The notes: generated by a model not told the origin, from the sequence alone. 40,139 nt of DNA from an uncultured Clostridium sp. (GCA_946497585.1 CAMMLF010000002.1:1-40139), one strand, 5' to 3'; positions 19,751-29,120 are shown, counted from the stretch's first letter. Program-made: numbers and translations.

Positions 19751-21034
19751 TTATTTTTTATTAGCATATTTTGCTACAATAGCTTCAATACCTGTGAAAG
19801 TATTTTTACGACTATTGATTAAAGCATAGTTAGATTCTTCAATCTTTTCTTCATTGCTTTGTTTATCTAATAAACAAACTGCAATGTCTTTCTTAAGTTC
19901 AACAGCAGAGTTATAATCTTCGATTTTATTTCTAAAATCAGCGATTTCTTCTTCTGTTAACTTATTAGAATAAGTATTTAAAACTTCTTCTTTTTCCTCG
20001 TTAACTTTTGCTTTTTTATATTCTCTTAATTCTTTTAATTCAGCTTCTAAAGTAGCAATAGTTTTATCCTTTTCAGCTAAAGCAGAATTGAAATCAACTT
20101 CTTCTTTTTCTTCCTCTTCTTCTTCAGGCTCATCAGTTTCTTCTGACTCTTCTTCTTCATTTTCTTCTTCTTGTTCTGGTTCTTCTTGTTCTTCTTCTTT
20201 TTCTTCTTCGTCAGTTTCTTCTTCTTCACCTTCTTCAGAAGATTCATCTTTAACTTCTTCAGTTTCTGAAGGTTTGTTTTCTTCTTCTTTAACTTCTTCT
20301 TCTTGGTCTTTAACTTCTTCTTCTACTGAATCGTTATCTAAGTCTTGAGGTTTTAATTTTTCATCTTCCATTTCTTGACCTCCTGTTGGATTTTCTTCTG
20401 CACTGTCTATTGTTGATTTATATAAGCTGAACATTTCCTTCAAATCTTTTGAAATACTAGCGTTATTTTCTTGTTGATGTAATTCATAAAAAGATGACCC
20501 CTCAAAACAAGGTTCATATTCTTCTCCTAGAACACATAAACCAAAGAATTCAGCATTAGTGAATTCAAAATAATATTCGTCGTCATGCTCAACCCATTCA
20601 CCTTCAACAGTATCTGGATTTAATTCCATAGAATGACTCTTACCAACTATCTTTGAGGCTATAGGATAGCGGCCGGTCCATAAAATTATATCTGTGCAGG
20701 CATATGTTCTATAAACGCCATCTGGGTCTAAAAACATTTCCCATTTAAAGTTCATTTCTTCTGGTACGAAACCATAAGCACGATTGCTTTCTGGTGAAAC
20801 GTGTCCTAAGAAATCATCTTTATCACTGTCATAATATCCAACTACTGGTGTGCCAGGTAATGTAGATATTAATTTTTCAGCGATTTCTTCATTGATATAA
20901 GAACCATTTCTGTTCATTCCTTTGTAAAAAATCTTTAATCTCGCTTTTGATAAAGCAGAATTGTTTAAAGGAACTAAATTACCATAAACAGTTGCAACAA
21001 AATTTGTAGGAGTAGACTTTTGATTTTCCATCAT
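19751..21034 (-). CDS. Scaffold-like protein with a globular N-domain, a hyper-acidic E/D tract and a C-terminal coiled coil
   Basis: Lies between portal and capsid genes. An E/D-rich low-complexity run of about 90 aa (nt about 20100-20400) is followed by KDKTIATLEAELKELREYKK. Confidence 0.55.
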   Translation of the reverse strand: MMENQKSTPTNFVATVYGNLVPLNNSALSKARLKIFYKGMNRNGSYINEEIAEKLISTLPGTPVVGYYDSDKDDFLGHVSPESNRAYGFVPEEMNFKWEMFLDPDGVYRTYACTDIILWTGRYPIASKIVGKSHSMELNPDTVEGEWVEHDDEYYFEFTNAEFFGLCVLGEEYEPCFEGSSFYELHQQENNASISKDLKEMFSLYKSTIDSAEENPTGGQEMEDEKLKPQDLDNDSVEEEVKDQEEEVKEEENKPSETEEVKDESSEEGEEEETDEEEKEEEQEEPEQEEENEEEESEETDEPEEEEEEKEEVDFNSALAEKDKTIATLEAELKELREYKKAKVNEEKEEVLNTYSNKLTEEEIADFRNKIEDYNSAVELKKDIAVCLLDKQSNEEKIEESNYALINSRKNTFTGIEAIVAKYANKK

Positions 21035-21043
21035 ACTTCCTCC

Positions 21044-22660
21044 TTATTTTGATTCTTCGTTTTGACGGGTTTTATCGGATTTCTCCATCCCATCTTTTTT
21101 TGGTGCGCCACCTTTATCATCAGTAGCGTTACTGTCTTTGTTTTTGTCTCCTTTAGCTTCTTCTTGAACGTCTTTTCCACTAGTTGTATGAGAAGATTGT
21201 AAAGGTATCATTGTTTCAGCTAAGTTCAAGTACTCGTTTTCTAAAGTAATTAAACTTAATAAGTTACTTTGTTTTATACCTGAAGCTACACCGGCCATAA
21301 TTTTACTATAACCATATTGTGCACCTTTCAAATACAAATCAAACATTTCCTCTCGATTATAATGTGTTATTGGCATTATAGAAACTTCAAGAAAAAATTT
21401 CTTGTTAGGAAATTTTCTATTTGCGTGATATGTTAAGAATGTCGCAAATGGTTTTGACATATCTAAAGCTAAAGCCATATCAACTTTTTGAGAATAATCT
21501 AAAGCCGTTGTTCCATCAGAAGCAAATAAGTTTTTACTAACTCCCGCCTCATTATAGAAAGAACGTTCCATTTTCTCTAAATTATCTCTGTTGGCTTGCG
21601 CGCTATCTTGAACGTCTAACATTTCTGTTTCCGCCATTGTTGTAAATACGTCAACATCTGGATTGTTTCTTAACATTTTTACTGCGGCCTTATGAATTTC
21701 GTTAGCTTCTTCTAAAGAGAATAAAAGCTCGCCTTGGTCATTCATAGGTATTGTTTGTAACAAGATTTTCTTTAATTCTTGTTTATCTAAAGATTTTTCA
21801 ATTCCTTTATATTCATTTAAATCTTCAATAGATTCAATAACAGTAGTAAAGAAAGGTTTTGTATCTTTATAATAGAAAACAATTCCTAATGAGTCCGGTA
21901 TAATTAACCAGCGGCCTTCTTCTAAACTATTTTTGTCTTTTAAGTAAGTTTTTCCAGTTTTTCTATCTATTGTAGTAGCTCTATCAAAATATTTTTTATA
22001 ATTTTTAACTACATACTTAGGATATAAATTTAACTCATCAACATTTGTAACGGCTTCGCGCCCTTTAATTTGAACAAAGTAAGTTAAATCAAATTCTAAA
22101 ACTGGCATATCATTTGCAGACTTATATCTAGTTCTACAATAATTAGGGTCTAAATCTTGAAAAATATATTTATTATTAGGACATTCTTTAAAAAATCCAT
22201 AATAAACTCCATCAACCAACATTGTAGACATAATTCTTGAAAATTCTTTTTCAATGTTTAAAGAGTCAATAAAATAACTTGCATCAGTAAGACCATTAAT
22301 AAGTTTGTTTTTCTCAGGTTTTTTACTTGCACTAATTTTAGGAACTACTAAAATGTCATAAGTAAGCATATTAGACATATACATAATTAGTCTTCTATAT
22401 AAACCACTTAAATTCCAATAGTCTCTTGATAATTGTCTTAACTCTTGCTCATTATCGCGCATTAAAATTTGGTCAATTTCTTCTGAAGTTCTTCTTTCTT
22501 TTGTTCCATAAGTTTTTCTTCCATACTTATTATAATTATTCAAACTTATAGAAGCAATATCTTCAAGTCCCTTTTTAAAATTTGTAAAATCACGAACTTG
22601 TAAATGTTTTTCTGGCTTTACACTGTTAATAACTTTTAAAACGTCTTTACCAGTTATCAC
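21044..22660 (-). CDS. Portal protein candidate (538 aa)
   Basis: Immediately downstream of the large terminase. GTG start 2 nt after the terminase stop. Size is typical and the C-terminal tail looks disordered and charged. Confidence 0.75.
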   Translation of the reverse strand: MITGKDVLKVINSVKPEKHLQVRDFTNFKKGLEDIASISLNNYNKYGRKTYGTKERRTSEEIDQILMRDNEQELRQLSRDYWNLSGLYRRLIMYMSNMLTYDILVVPKISASKKPEKNKLINGLTDASYFIDSLNIEKEFSRIMSTMLVDGVYYGFFKECPNNKYIFQDLDPNYCRTRYKSANDMPVLEFDLTYFVQIKGREAVTNVDELNLYPKYVVKNYKKYFDRATTIDRKTGKTYLKDKNSLEEGRWLIIPDSLGIVFYYKDTKPFFTTVIESIEDLNEYKGIEKSLDKQELKKILLQTIPMNDQGELLFSLEEANEIHKAAVKMLRNNPDVDVFTTMAETEMLDVQDSAQANRDNLEKMERSFYNEAGVSKNLFASDGTTALDYSQKVDMALALDMSKPFATFLTYHANRKFPNKKFFLEVSIMPITHYNREEMFDLYLKGAQYGYSKIMAGVASGIKQSNLLSLITLENEYLNLAETMIPLQSSHTTSGKDVQEEAKGDKNKDSNATDDKGGAPKKDGMEKSDKTRQNEESK

Positions 22661-22662
22661 TT

Positions 22663-24456
22663 TTATCTTCCACCTCCTCGCGCTGAAAATTGCATAAATT
22701 TACTTAAATCTCTTTTTGCTCTGGCTTTCTTCTTAATATATTTTGTTTCATAATCTTTGATACGATATAAACCATATTCAAAAGCACTAAATTTATCTTT
22801 ACTCATTGTCGTATTAATTCTTTCCAATGTTAAATTATTTTGATTGATACTCCCATCTTTAATTCTCATATTTAAAATTTCCTCAATTAAAATTGTTTGT
22901 AAAGTATAAGGTCTCAATTTTCTAATACGTGCTTCAATAGGCATATTCATACCCTTCTTTGTAGCTAACAATCTATTTTTCGCATCTTGTTCTCTAATTA
23001 GAAAATGTACTTTTCCACTAACAAGTTCTGAAAAACAAATACTGTTGATAACTCCCTGCGAATTTACACCAGAACCTCCAGTCGCTTTCATAACATAAAT
23101 TATTTTTTGACAATCTCTTGGTTGCTTATTCAAATAATCTTCGTCATTGAAAGAACCATAAGGTGGATAAACCATACCACTAATATCGTGTTTACTATAT
23201 TGTATCATATAATCCATCAAACCAACACCTAGACCGTTACCATCTATTACAACCTCTTTTGGTTGATATGCTTCAATCATTTCTTTAATTCTTGCGGCTT
23301 GATGCTCAAAATGAAGTTTTTCTGGCAAAACTTCTAAATTAACTAATTTTTTTGTAAATCCATTCATACTTGGTAAAACCTTGAAAACACATATTGTAGT
23401 TTCTGCACGAAGTCTCGCTACGTCTATACTTAATATGTAAAATTGTTCATGATTGTATCCAAGTTTTTGAGGATTGTCATTTCTTTTAAATTCTGTATTA
23501 ACTATAACTCTATGTCGAGAAATAGTATCAAAGCTAATCCAGCTATCTGAATTTCCTCCGGTCCATATACTCATATACTCACGAGCAAAGTCATCTTCTT
23601 TAAATGTTCCACTCATTTTTAACTCATTTACATAAGTTTTGGGAATAAGTCCGGCCATTACTGGTATTCTATAATCACAGCCCCATATAAACGCTTGGTC
23701 TGGTGAAATTACAGAATTTATCATTAATTCCTTCATTCTCTCATAAGCATATGAATTTTTACTTCCTGCGGAAGTAATATAAATTTGCGCTTGATGTGGT
23801 TCTCTATCATTTAATGTTCCCCTTACTGTTCTTCTATTAACGTTCATAAGAGGCAAAACAATAGCATTTAACATATCTCCATCATGGTCACGAACCTCGT
23901 CTATAATTCCAGCGTGTCTACGACCACCACGTTGTGCATTTTGTGCGGCTACAATATCAAATACAGAACCGTTTCTAAAAGTTAAACGAACCATATCTGC
24001 CGTAAAGTTTTTTGTTATAATTTCTTTTTCCAAAAGAGGAAAGTTATCCCAAATTTCGGTTACTTTCTCTATTGCAATTTTAGTTCCTTGTTCCTTACCT
24101 GGCGCGCAAATGAAAACTTTTGAACGTGGTAAGAACATACATCTTAAATATAAGGCTAGAATTGATAGGAATGATTTTGCGAATGCTCTGGGCGCCGTAC
24201 AATAATGGTAACGATAACGCATACAGGCTCTTAAAAATATTCTTTGGTACGGAAATAAGCTAAAGTTTGAGTCTTTTGGAGTTATCATATCAATAAATAA
24301 GTCCGGATAAACTGTAAAGAAATTAATATAACTTGTATATAAGTCATAATATTGGTCAATACGGTCTTCAGTTAGAATTACCCCCTTATCAACTTTTATT
24401 CCTTCACGAGTATCAGGTTGGTCTATTACTTTTACTGTATTAACTTCTAAACTCAT
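22663..24456 (-). CDS. terL: Terminase large subunit
   Basis: Walker-A-like TAPRAFAKS, Walker-B-like HAGIIDEV, and nuclease-domain Asp motifs ILSIDVAR and VVIDGNGLG. ATGA overlap with the upstream gene. Confidence 0.88.
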   Translation of the reverse strand: MSLEVNTVKVIDQPDTREGIKVDKGVILTEDRIDQYYDLYTSYINFFTVYPDLFIDMITPKDSNFSLFPYQRIFLRACMRYRYHYCTAPRAFAKSFLSILALYLRCMFLPRSKVFICAPGKEQGTKIAIEKVTEIWDNFPLLEKEIITKNFTADMVRLTFRNGSVFDIVAAQNAQRGGRRHAGIIDEVRDHDGDMLNAIVLPLMNVNRRTVRGTLNDREPHQAQIYITSAGSKNSYAYERMKELMINSVISPDQAFIWGCDYRIPVMAGLIPKTYVNELKMSGTFKEDDFAREYMSIWTGGNSDSWISFDTISRHRVIVNTEFKRNDNPQKLGYNHEQFYILSIDVARLRAETTICVFKVLPSMNGFTKKLVNLEVLPEKLHFEHQAARIKEMIEAYQPKEVVIDGNGLGVGLMDYMIQYSKHDISGMVYPPYGSFNDEDYLNKQPRDCQKIIYVMKATGGSGVNSQGVINSICFSELVSGKVHFLIREQDAKNRLLATKKGMNMPIEARIRKLRPYTLQTILIEEILNMRIKDGSINQNNLTLERINTTMSKDKFSAFEYGLYRIKDYETKYIKKKARAKRDLSKFMQFSARGGGR

Positions 24457-25481
24457 TCTTCATCCACCTCAAACTCTTCATTAAATTCATCAGCTAAATC
24501 ATCCTCAATAGTAATACGATTATATTCTTCTTCCTCATCACTATAATCGTTTTCTAACCTATTCATATTTTGTATTGCATCTAATTTTTCATTCAGTTCT
24601 TCCGCAATATTAGTTTCTCCAACAACAATTCTTCTTACATATTTTTGCAAGTTCATCATAACTTTATCAACCTCATCACGAGGAACCCAATCATAAAACT
24701 TATTATTAAATCCTCTTTTTTCTAAAAACGCGCATAATTCTCCAACAGAATCAAAGTCTCCAGCGTTTTTAGCTGATTTTGGTGTAAAGTCTGCTGATTT
24801 TGCAAGTTGGTCATAAGCACTGATTAAGGCTTTTATATCTGAACCCTTTTGTTCGCTATCCCAAATTGCGTTTTCAATTTGATAAGACAACATACACATT
24901 TTCTTTGCATTATCTCTCTGAATTGCAGTAGTAATAGATTGTGTTTTATCTATATCTTCGTATAAGGCTTCAAATCTAAGAAGTTGGTCTTCTGTAAAAG
25001 AGTTACCCCATTTTTCTTTTAGTTCTTTTAAATCCTCCACGCGCATAATTCCTACCTTTTCGCGCTCTTTACCTTCTTTAAAAGTTTGTACCCATTCATC
25101 ATGAACTGGTTTCCAATCAATAGTCTCGTATTGTTTAGTCCAGTTTTGACTAGCGTAAATTTTAAAAGCATTATAACCGTTGTTTCGCGCGGCCGCAATC
25201 CAATCATTCACATTGAATGGTATATCTGCATATTGACAGAATTTGTCTGCTTTTTGCAAATCAGTACAATCTCCTAAATATTTACTTAAACATTCATTAC
25301 AAATATCTAAATAACCATCAGGGAAAAACCAAGAATTACTATTTAAAAACATATCTTGATTGTAATAGTTGTCGCATTTTCTACAGTTCTTCCCTACAAT
25401 TCGAGGAGTTTTTCTAACCTTAATTGGTTCAACTCTATATTGATTTGGTCCTTCTAATAACTCATCAAAACTGTTATCCAT
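24453..25481 (-). CDS. Zinc-ribbon protein upstream of terL (small terminase candidate)
   Basis: Start moved to MDNSFDELLEG (ATG 25481) with a GGAGG SD and an ATGGATAA overlap with the upstream stop. Contains CRKC...CNEC. The terminase assignment rests on position only. Confidence 0.45.
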   Translation of the reverse strand: MDNSFDELLEGPNQYRVEPIKVRKTPRIVGKNCRKCDNYYNQDMFLNSNSWFFPDGYLDICNECLSKYLGDCTDLQKADKFCQYADIPFNVNDWIAAARNNGYNAFKIYASQNWTKQYETIDWKPVHDEWVQTFKEGKEREKVGIMRVEDLKELKEKWGNSFTEDQLLRFEALYEDIDKTQSITTAIQRDNAKKMCMLSYQIENAIWDSEQKGSDIKALISAYDQLAKSADFTPKSAKNAGDFDSVGELCAFLEKRGFNNKFYDWVPRDEVDKVMMNLQKYVRRIVVGETNIAEELNEKLDAIQNMNRLENDYSDEEEEYNRITIEDDLADEFNEEFEVDEE

Positions 25482-26751
25482 TTTTCTTTCCCTCCTCTTT
25501 TTTCTTATCTCTAATCTTCTTATCACACATTTTACATCTCGCCGCAAGTCCATCTTTTGAGTTTTGTTTTTTAATAAAGTTGCGTGAGTCTCTTAATAAT
25601 TTTGTACCACAAGTAGAACAAACTTTAAACTTTTCAGGTTGGTTGCGATAAATGTAGTTGTCACGAGAAAGTTGAGCGGCTTTTGCAATTTTGTCGCAAA
25701 TCATTTGTTTGTAAATAGTGCTAATATAATTGTCTGAATATGCTAATCCAAATTTCTCTTGTAATTCCTCCCTAATTTGTTCGTTAGTTGCCTTATCAAT
25801 CTTCCTAATAAGAATATGACGGCGCGCCTCCGATAAGTTGGCTTGTTCTATATAATCTTCTAACTCCCAAATTAGGAATTTTAGGTCACAATTTAAGTTT
25901 TCGTCACAAGACTGGACTAAAGTAGAGTAAAGTTCTAAAAACTCATAAACGTGCTTTGAATTGGTAAAGTCAATAGTATTCTGACTAACTTCTACCCACT
26001 GCCAATTTAAATTTGGATTTGCACTAACAATGTAGTTTGCAATTTCTTGTTGTTCGCGCGCATACCATTCAGGACCGAAATCACGTTTGTAATGTTCTGC
26101 TCTATAACATTTGTATACAAATTCTTGCTGATAGTCCCTCACATATCCGGTGTCAGAAGAAAGGTTGGCAGGAATAGGGCCACTTAGGTGGTAGCCTTTA
26201 CATTTAATTGTAGTATCCTCTGAGTCTTTTAATGCAAATTGTTCTTTCCTTAGTTGAATAAGTAAGTGGTTCTTTTTGTAGAAGTCTAACCCAAGTTGCT
26301 TCTTATCTTTATACTCCTTAACTTGCGCCGCAAGCTTATCAATTGCGTTCCATAAGTCTTGCATACCGGGTATATCCTTATCCTTCTCCCTATCAATTGT
26401 AGGTTTGTATTTTTTGTAACAATTCTTCTGAATTGGTTGGAAGTCAACTTCTTTTGTGTTTGGGTCTTCCAACAAACTATCTAAACTCTCCATTTCTTTT
26501 TTCTTATACGAACTATATTTCGTCTCAATTTGGACTTCTTTTTTTTGAACAAAGTTTTTGTCGGTTTTTGGGTCTTTGCCATACAAAATGTAGTTGGCGG
26601 CGGCTTCAAGTTCTTTTTTAGTTGAGTCTTCGTTATAGTGCTCTTTGGCTAGTTGCTCTAACTCAGGGGTAAATAGGGAACGAACGAAGTCGGCGCGGTC
26701 AGCATTAGAATAAATGTCGTAGTTTAGACTTTTGCTAATTCCTAGGTTCAT
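25474..26751 (-). CDS. Putative DNA-binding protein (425 aa): HTH-like segment plus C-terminal CxxC...CxxC zinc ribbon
   Basis: First gene of the leftward operon. EARRHILIRKIDKATNEQIREELQEKFGLAYSDNYISTIY looks like a sigma-region-4/HTH segment. C-terminus has CSTCG...CKMCDKK. Confidence 0.5.
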   Translation of the reverse strand: MNLGISKSLNYDIYSNADRADFVRSLFTPELEQLAKEHYNEDSTKKELEAAANYILYGKDPKTDKNFVQKKEVQIETKYSSYKKKEMESLDSLLEDPNTKEVDFQPIQKNCYKKYKPTIDREKDKDIPGMQDLWNAIDKLAAQVKEYKDKKQLGLDFYKKNHLLIQLRKEQFALKDSEDTTIKCKGYHLSGPIPANLSSDTGYVRDYQQEFVYKCYRAEHYKRDFGPEWYAREQQEIANYIVSANPNLNWQWVEVSQNTIDFTNSKHVYEFLELYSTLVQSCDENLNCDLKFLIWELEDYIEQANLSEARRHILIRKIDKATNEQIREELQEKFGLAYSDNYISTIYKQMICDKIAKAAQLSRDNYIYRNQPEKFKVCSTCGTKLLRDSRNFIKKQNSKDGLAARCKMCDKKIRDKKKEEGKKNG

Positions 26752-26807
26752 AGGCGGTTTGCCTCCACATTTATATTCATATTTCTAATTTCAAATTTAA
26801 CTCTCAT
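26748..26807 (-). CDS. Possible 19-codon leader ORF (MRVKFEIRNMNINVEANRL) coupled to the 425-aa gene
   Basis: AAAGGAGAG SD 5 nt upstream of ATG 26807. Its TGA overlaps the ATG at 26751 (ATGA). Confidence 0.25.
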   Translation of the reverse strand: MRVKFEIRNMNINVEANRL

Positions 26808-26964
26808 ACGTCTCTCCTTTGTTAGTTTTTGATTTTGATTTTAAGTTTAGGTTTTGAGTCTGGGTTGCGCGAATATTAACTTTCAAAAGAAAGAGAATAA
26901 ACGGCGCGGGAACGGTAGAATTTTAGTTTTAAACCTAAAACCAAACTTGTATCTTCTTGTATTA

Positions 26965-26993
26965 AGTATACACCCGGACTATAAAAAAGTCAA
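26965..26993 (-). promoter_or_regulatory. Candidate leftward promoter
   Basis: On the minus strand: TTGACT (26993-26988), 17 bp, TATACT (26970-26965). This gives a leader of about 200 nt before the 425-aa gene. Confidence 0.45.
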
Positions 26994-27072
26994 CTATTCG
27001 GCAGGTTAGGAAATCAAGACTTGGAGGGAAGAATTTTTGAAAAATTAGTGTTAAGTTAGTGGAATTTCCAGG

Positions 27073-27097
27073 CGAACACCTGTTCGGTTTACATAAT
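27073..27097 (+). repeat. Intergenic element copy 1: CGAACACCTGTTCG palindrome plus GTTTACATAAT
   Basis: Perfect CGAAC-N4-GTTCG at 27073-27086, with GTTTACATAAT at 27087-27097. Confidence 0.8.
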
Positions 27098-27187
27098 GTA
27101 TGAAATCCCAAAACTAACCCCGTATCCTTACAGTTTCAAGGGCGTTCGGGCTTTCTATTGAGCCTCTAAGAAAAGAGGCGACACGAC

Positions 27188-27238
27188 CGAACAAACGTGT
27201 CCCAAACAAACGTTCACTTGCAAGGCAAGTTTACATAA
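27188..27238 (+). repeat. Intergenic element copy 2
   Basis: CGAACAAACGTGTC at 27188-27201, CTTGC-AAG-GCAAG hairpin, GTTTACATAA at 27229-27238. Confidence 0.7.
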
Positions 27239-27249
27239 AGTGTTACCAA

Positions 27250-27293
27250 ATGTAATGAACTTGTAACATAATTGTAACAAAAATGTAATAAAA
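27250..27293 (+). repeat. Phased TGTAA(C/T) repeats upstream of promoter A1
   Basis: Four TGTAA(C/T) copies at about 10-12 bp spacing. The 22-mer TTGTAACAAAAATGTAATAAAA (27272-27293) recurs exactly at 29215-29236. Confidence 0.7.
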
Positions 27294-27320
27294 TTTTTTT
27301 AAAAAATTTGTATAAAACTA

Positions 27321-27349
27321 TTGACAAATGTAAATAATAAGTGTATAAT
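27321..27349 (+). promoter_or_regulatory. Class-A promoter A1
   Basis: TTGACA 27321-27326, 17 bp, TATAAT 27344-27349; A/T-rich UP-like tract upstream. Confidence 0.8.
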
Positions 27350-27384
27350 AAGTATGTAAGATAAAGAGAAGGGAGAAAAAGAAA

Positions 27385-27873
27385 ATGAATAAATTTCAAA
27401 TAAAAGAATTTAAAGCACAAACAGAAATATACAATAATAGAATATTTTATATGTTACCAACTTGTGCGTGTTTAGTAAAAGCAAATCGTGGAGAATTAAA
27501 AGAATATAGTTTAAGAATAGCACTAACAGGAGAACAGCCATATTACAAAGACAGCTCAAACCACAAGCTAGATAGCGACATCAATGTAGGGGATAAACAT
27601 ATAAGCGTTAAATCAGGAGAAGCAAGTATAGGATTTATGAAAAACGAAAACTTAGAAGAATATATAGACGAATACCTAAAAGCTGATTATAGTAATACTT
27701 ATATGTATGTAACAGATAACTATGAAGTTTACGAAATGAATAAAGAAGAAATGAAAAAGTTTTTACTAGCAAATACTAGAATAAGCAAAACACAAAATAG
27801 AAGAACAAAACAAATAAAGCTAGAAGCAAGACTAAAAAGAGATACAACGATATGTAAATGGTTAGCAAAATAA
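27385..27873 (+). CDS. Hypothetical protein (162 aa)
   Basis: GGGAG SD. Contains DSDINVGDKHISVKS, a weak resemblance to a PD-(D/E)xK nuclease motif (low confidence). Confidence 0.6.
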   Translation: MNKFQIKEFKAQTEIYNNRIFYMLPTCACLVKANRGELKEYSLRIALTGEQPYYKDSSNHKLDSDINVGDKHISVKSGEASIGFMKNENLEEYIDEYLKADYSNTYMYVTDNYEVYEMNKEEMKKFLLANTRISKTQNRRTKQIKLEARLKRDTTICKWLAK

Positions 27874-27896
27874 GCTAACTATTTACAAAAAAGGTA

Positions 27897-27925
27897 TTGA
27901 CAAAATAAAAAATATATGATAAAAT
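27897..27925 (+). promoter_or_regulatory. Class-A promoter A2
   Basis: TTGACA 27897-27902, 17 bp, TAAAAT 27920-27925, preceded by TGa. Confidence 0.6.
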
Positions 27926-27947
27926 AAAGAAAAAAAGAAGGGGATTG

Positions 27948-28166
27948 ATGAAAATGAGAAAAATGAAAAAAAGAGAAAATAAAATAGTAAGAGGAATAAA
28001 AACATTAGTACAAGGAATACTAGGAACAATAATAATATTAGGAGTATTTACAATGTTAGGAATGAGTGTTGAATGGGTTTGTGCAGATAAAGGAAGATTT
28101 ATACTAGCAATATTCATCTTCTCATATATATTATATAGAATATACAAAAATGAGTTTGAAGATTAG
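27948..28166 (+). CDS. Small membrane protein (about 72 aa, two hydrophobic helices)
   Basis: GAAGGGGA SD; start is ATG 27948 or 27954. Hydrophobic segments GILGTIIILGVFTMLGM and FILAIFIFSYILY. Confidence 0.6.
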   Translation: MKMRKMKKRENKIVRGIKTLVQGILGTIIILGVFTMLGMSVEWVCADKGRFILAIFIFSYILYRIYKNEFED

Positions 28167-28188
28167 CAAATCTTCAAACTTTTTTCTT
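28153..28188 (+). terminator. Rho-independent terminator
   Basis: GTTTGAAGAT (28153-28162) / ATCTTCAAAC (28169-28178), then TTTTTTCTTT. Confidence 0.85.
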
Positions 28189-28253
28189 TATGTAAACCTT
28201 TAGTGTGCGTGCTTGCAGGTTTACATAATATATTAACATAAAGGTTTACATAA
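28187..28253 (+). repeat. Intergenic element copy 3
   Basis: 12-bp perfect inverted repeat (IR): TTATGTAAACCT (28187-28198) / AGGTTTACATAA (28216-28227) around GTGCGTGC. An extra GTTTACATAAT lies at 28243-28253. Confidence 0.85.
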
Positions 28254-28300
28254 TATGTTTCAAATAAAAAAAATAAAATTTAAAATTTTGAATAAAACTA

Positions 28301-28329
28301 TTGACAAATGGAAATAATAGTAGTATAAT
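28301..28329 (+). promoter_or_regulatory. Class-A promoter A3
   Basis: TTGACA 28301-28306, 17 bp, TATAAT 28324-28329. Confidence 0.8.
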
Positions 28330-28361
28330 AAAAGAGAAGTAAGGGAAAGGAGTTGATACAA

Positions 28362-28541
28362 ATGAATAAGTATATTGACCATTTAACAATTACAGAATAT
28401 GAAACAATACAAAAACAATTAAAGAAAAGATTAGAAGAAGAAGAAAAGGCAATGAAAGAAACAGGAAACACAAAGGAATACATTGAATTACGATTTATTT
28501 TAATAAAAATAAAAAGAATTATAGAAAAATATAGAAAATAG
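28362..28541 (+). CDS. Small charged helical protein (59 aa)
   Basis: ATG 28362 with an AAAGGAG SD; the track start is an upstream TTG. Confidence 0.55.
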   Translation: MNKYIDHLTITEYETIQKQLKKRLEEEEKAMKETGNTKEYIELRFILIKIKRIIEKYRK

Positions 28542-28570
28542 TTGACAAATTACCCAATATGTAGTATAAT
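28542..28570 (+). promoter_or_regulatory. Class-A promoter A4 (no ORF before the next promoter)
   Basis: TTGACA 28542-28547 directly abuts the previous stop codon; 17 bp; TATAAT 28565-28570. Confidence 0.7.
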
Positions 28571-28638
28571 AATTATAGCAATAAAGAAAAGACAAAAAAC
28601 AAAAGAAAAAAACTTTTTGAAAAAATACTTAAAAAGTA

Positions 28639-28667
28639 TTGACAAAAAGAAAAAAGTGTAGTATAAT
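28639..28667 (+). promoter_or_regulatory. Class-A promoter A5
   Basis: TTGACA 28639-28644, 17 bp, TATAAT 28662-28667. Confidence 0.8.
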
Positions 28668-28724
28668 ATAAGTATAATAAGACAGATGATAAAGTCTTTA
28701 AAACATAGAAAAGGAGTTGATATT

Positions 28725-29078
28725 ATGGAAAAAATTACTATCGCAAAGAGAAATGAAGAATTAAGAAAGGCAGTTTTCGAAAGGATAATTAAACCAGAAG
28801 TATTAGAAGAATTAAAACAAGTTGCAGGTTCTAAATGGATGATAGACCAAAAATTTATGGAAGAATATTTTCCAGTAAGAGTTGATATTGTAGTTCCAAA
28901 AATTGCAAAAGATGACCCTTTACAAACGGCAGACGACTTTGCAGATGCATATCAACAAGAACAAGAAGAAAAAAGACTTGCAAGAGAAGAAAAACAAAAA
29001 GCAAAAGAAAAGAAAATTGCAAGGGACAAAAAACTTAGAGAACAAAGAAAACTAGCAAAAGAAAAAGGAGAACAATAG
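28725..29078 (+). CDS. Paralog family member 1 (117 aa): N-terminal beta-rich domain plus K/R/E-rich C-terminal helix
   Basis: ATG 28725 with an AAAAGGAG SD. Shares KITIAK..., VRVDIVVPK and KKIARDKK blocks with 33781..34143. Confidence 0.7.
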   Translation: MEKITIAKRNEELRKAVFERIIKPEVLEELKQVAGSKWMIDQKFMEEYFPVRVDIVVPKIAKDDPLQTADDFADAYQQEQEEKRLAREEKQKAKEKKIARDKKLREQRKLAKEKGEQ

Positions 29079-29091
29079 TTCTCCTTTTTTA
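29066..29091 (+). terminator. Rho-independent terminator
   Basis: AGGAGAAC / GTTCTCCT with loop AATA, then TTTTTT; overlaps the stop codon. Confidence 0.85.
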
Positions 29092-29120
29092 TTGTCTTTA
29101 TTTCATTTTATTTTAAACAG

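Noticed and set aside
13668-26621. Other antisense ORFs in the late operon (13668..13850, 13685..13942, 16881..17069, 20088..20348, 25086..25277, 25217..25417, 25424..25651, 26433..26621)
   Set aside because: All lie opposite well-supported minus-strand genes. 20088..20348 is just the Ser-rich complement of the acidic scaffold tract.
1-26751. Tail sheath/baseplate (myovirus) or integrase/repressor (temperate) genes
   Set aside because: No ORF has sheath-like size or position next to the tube genes, and no recombinase motifs were seen. Absence within this window does not exclude them elsewhere in the genome.
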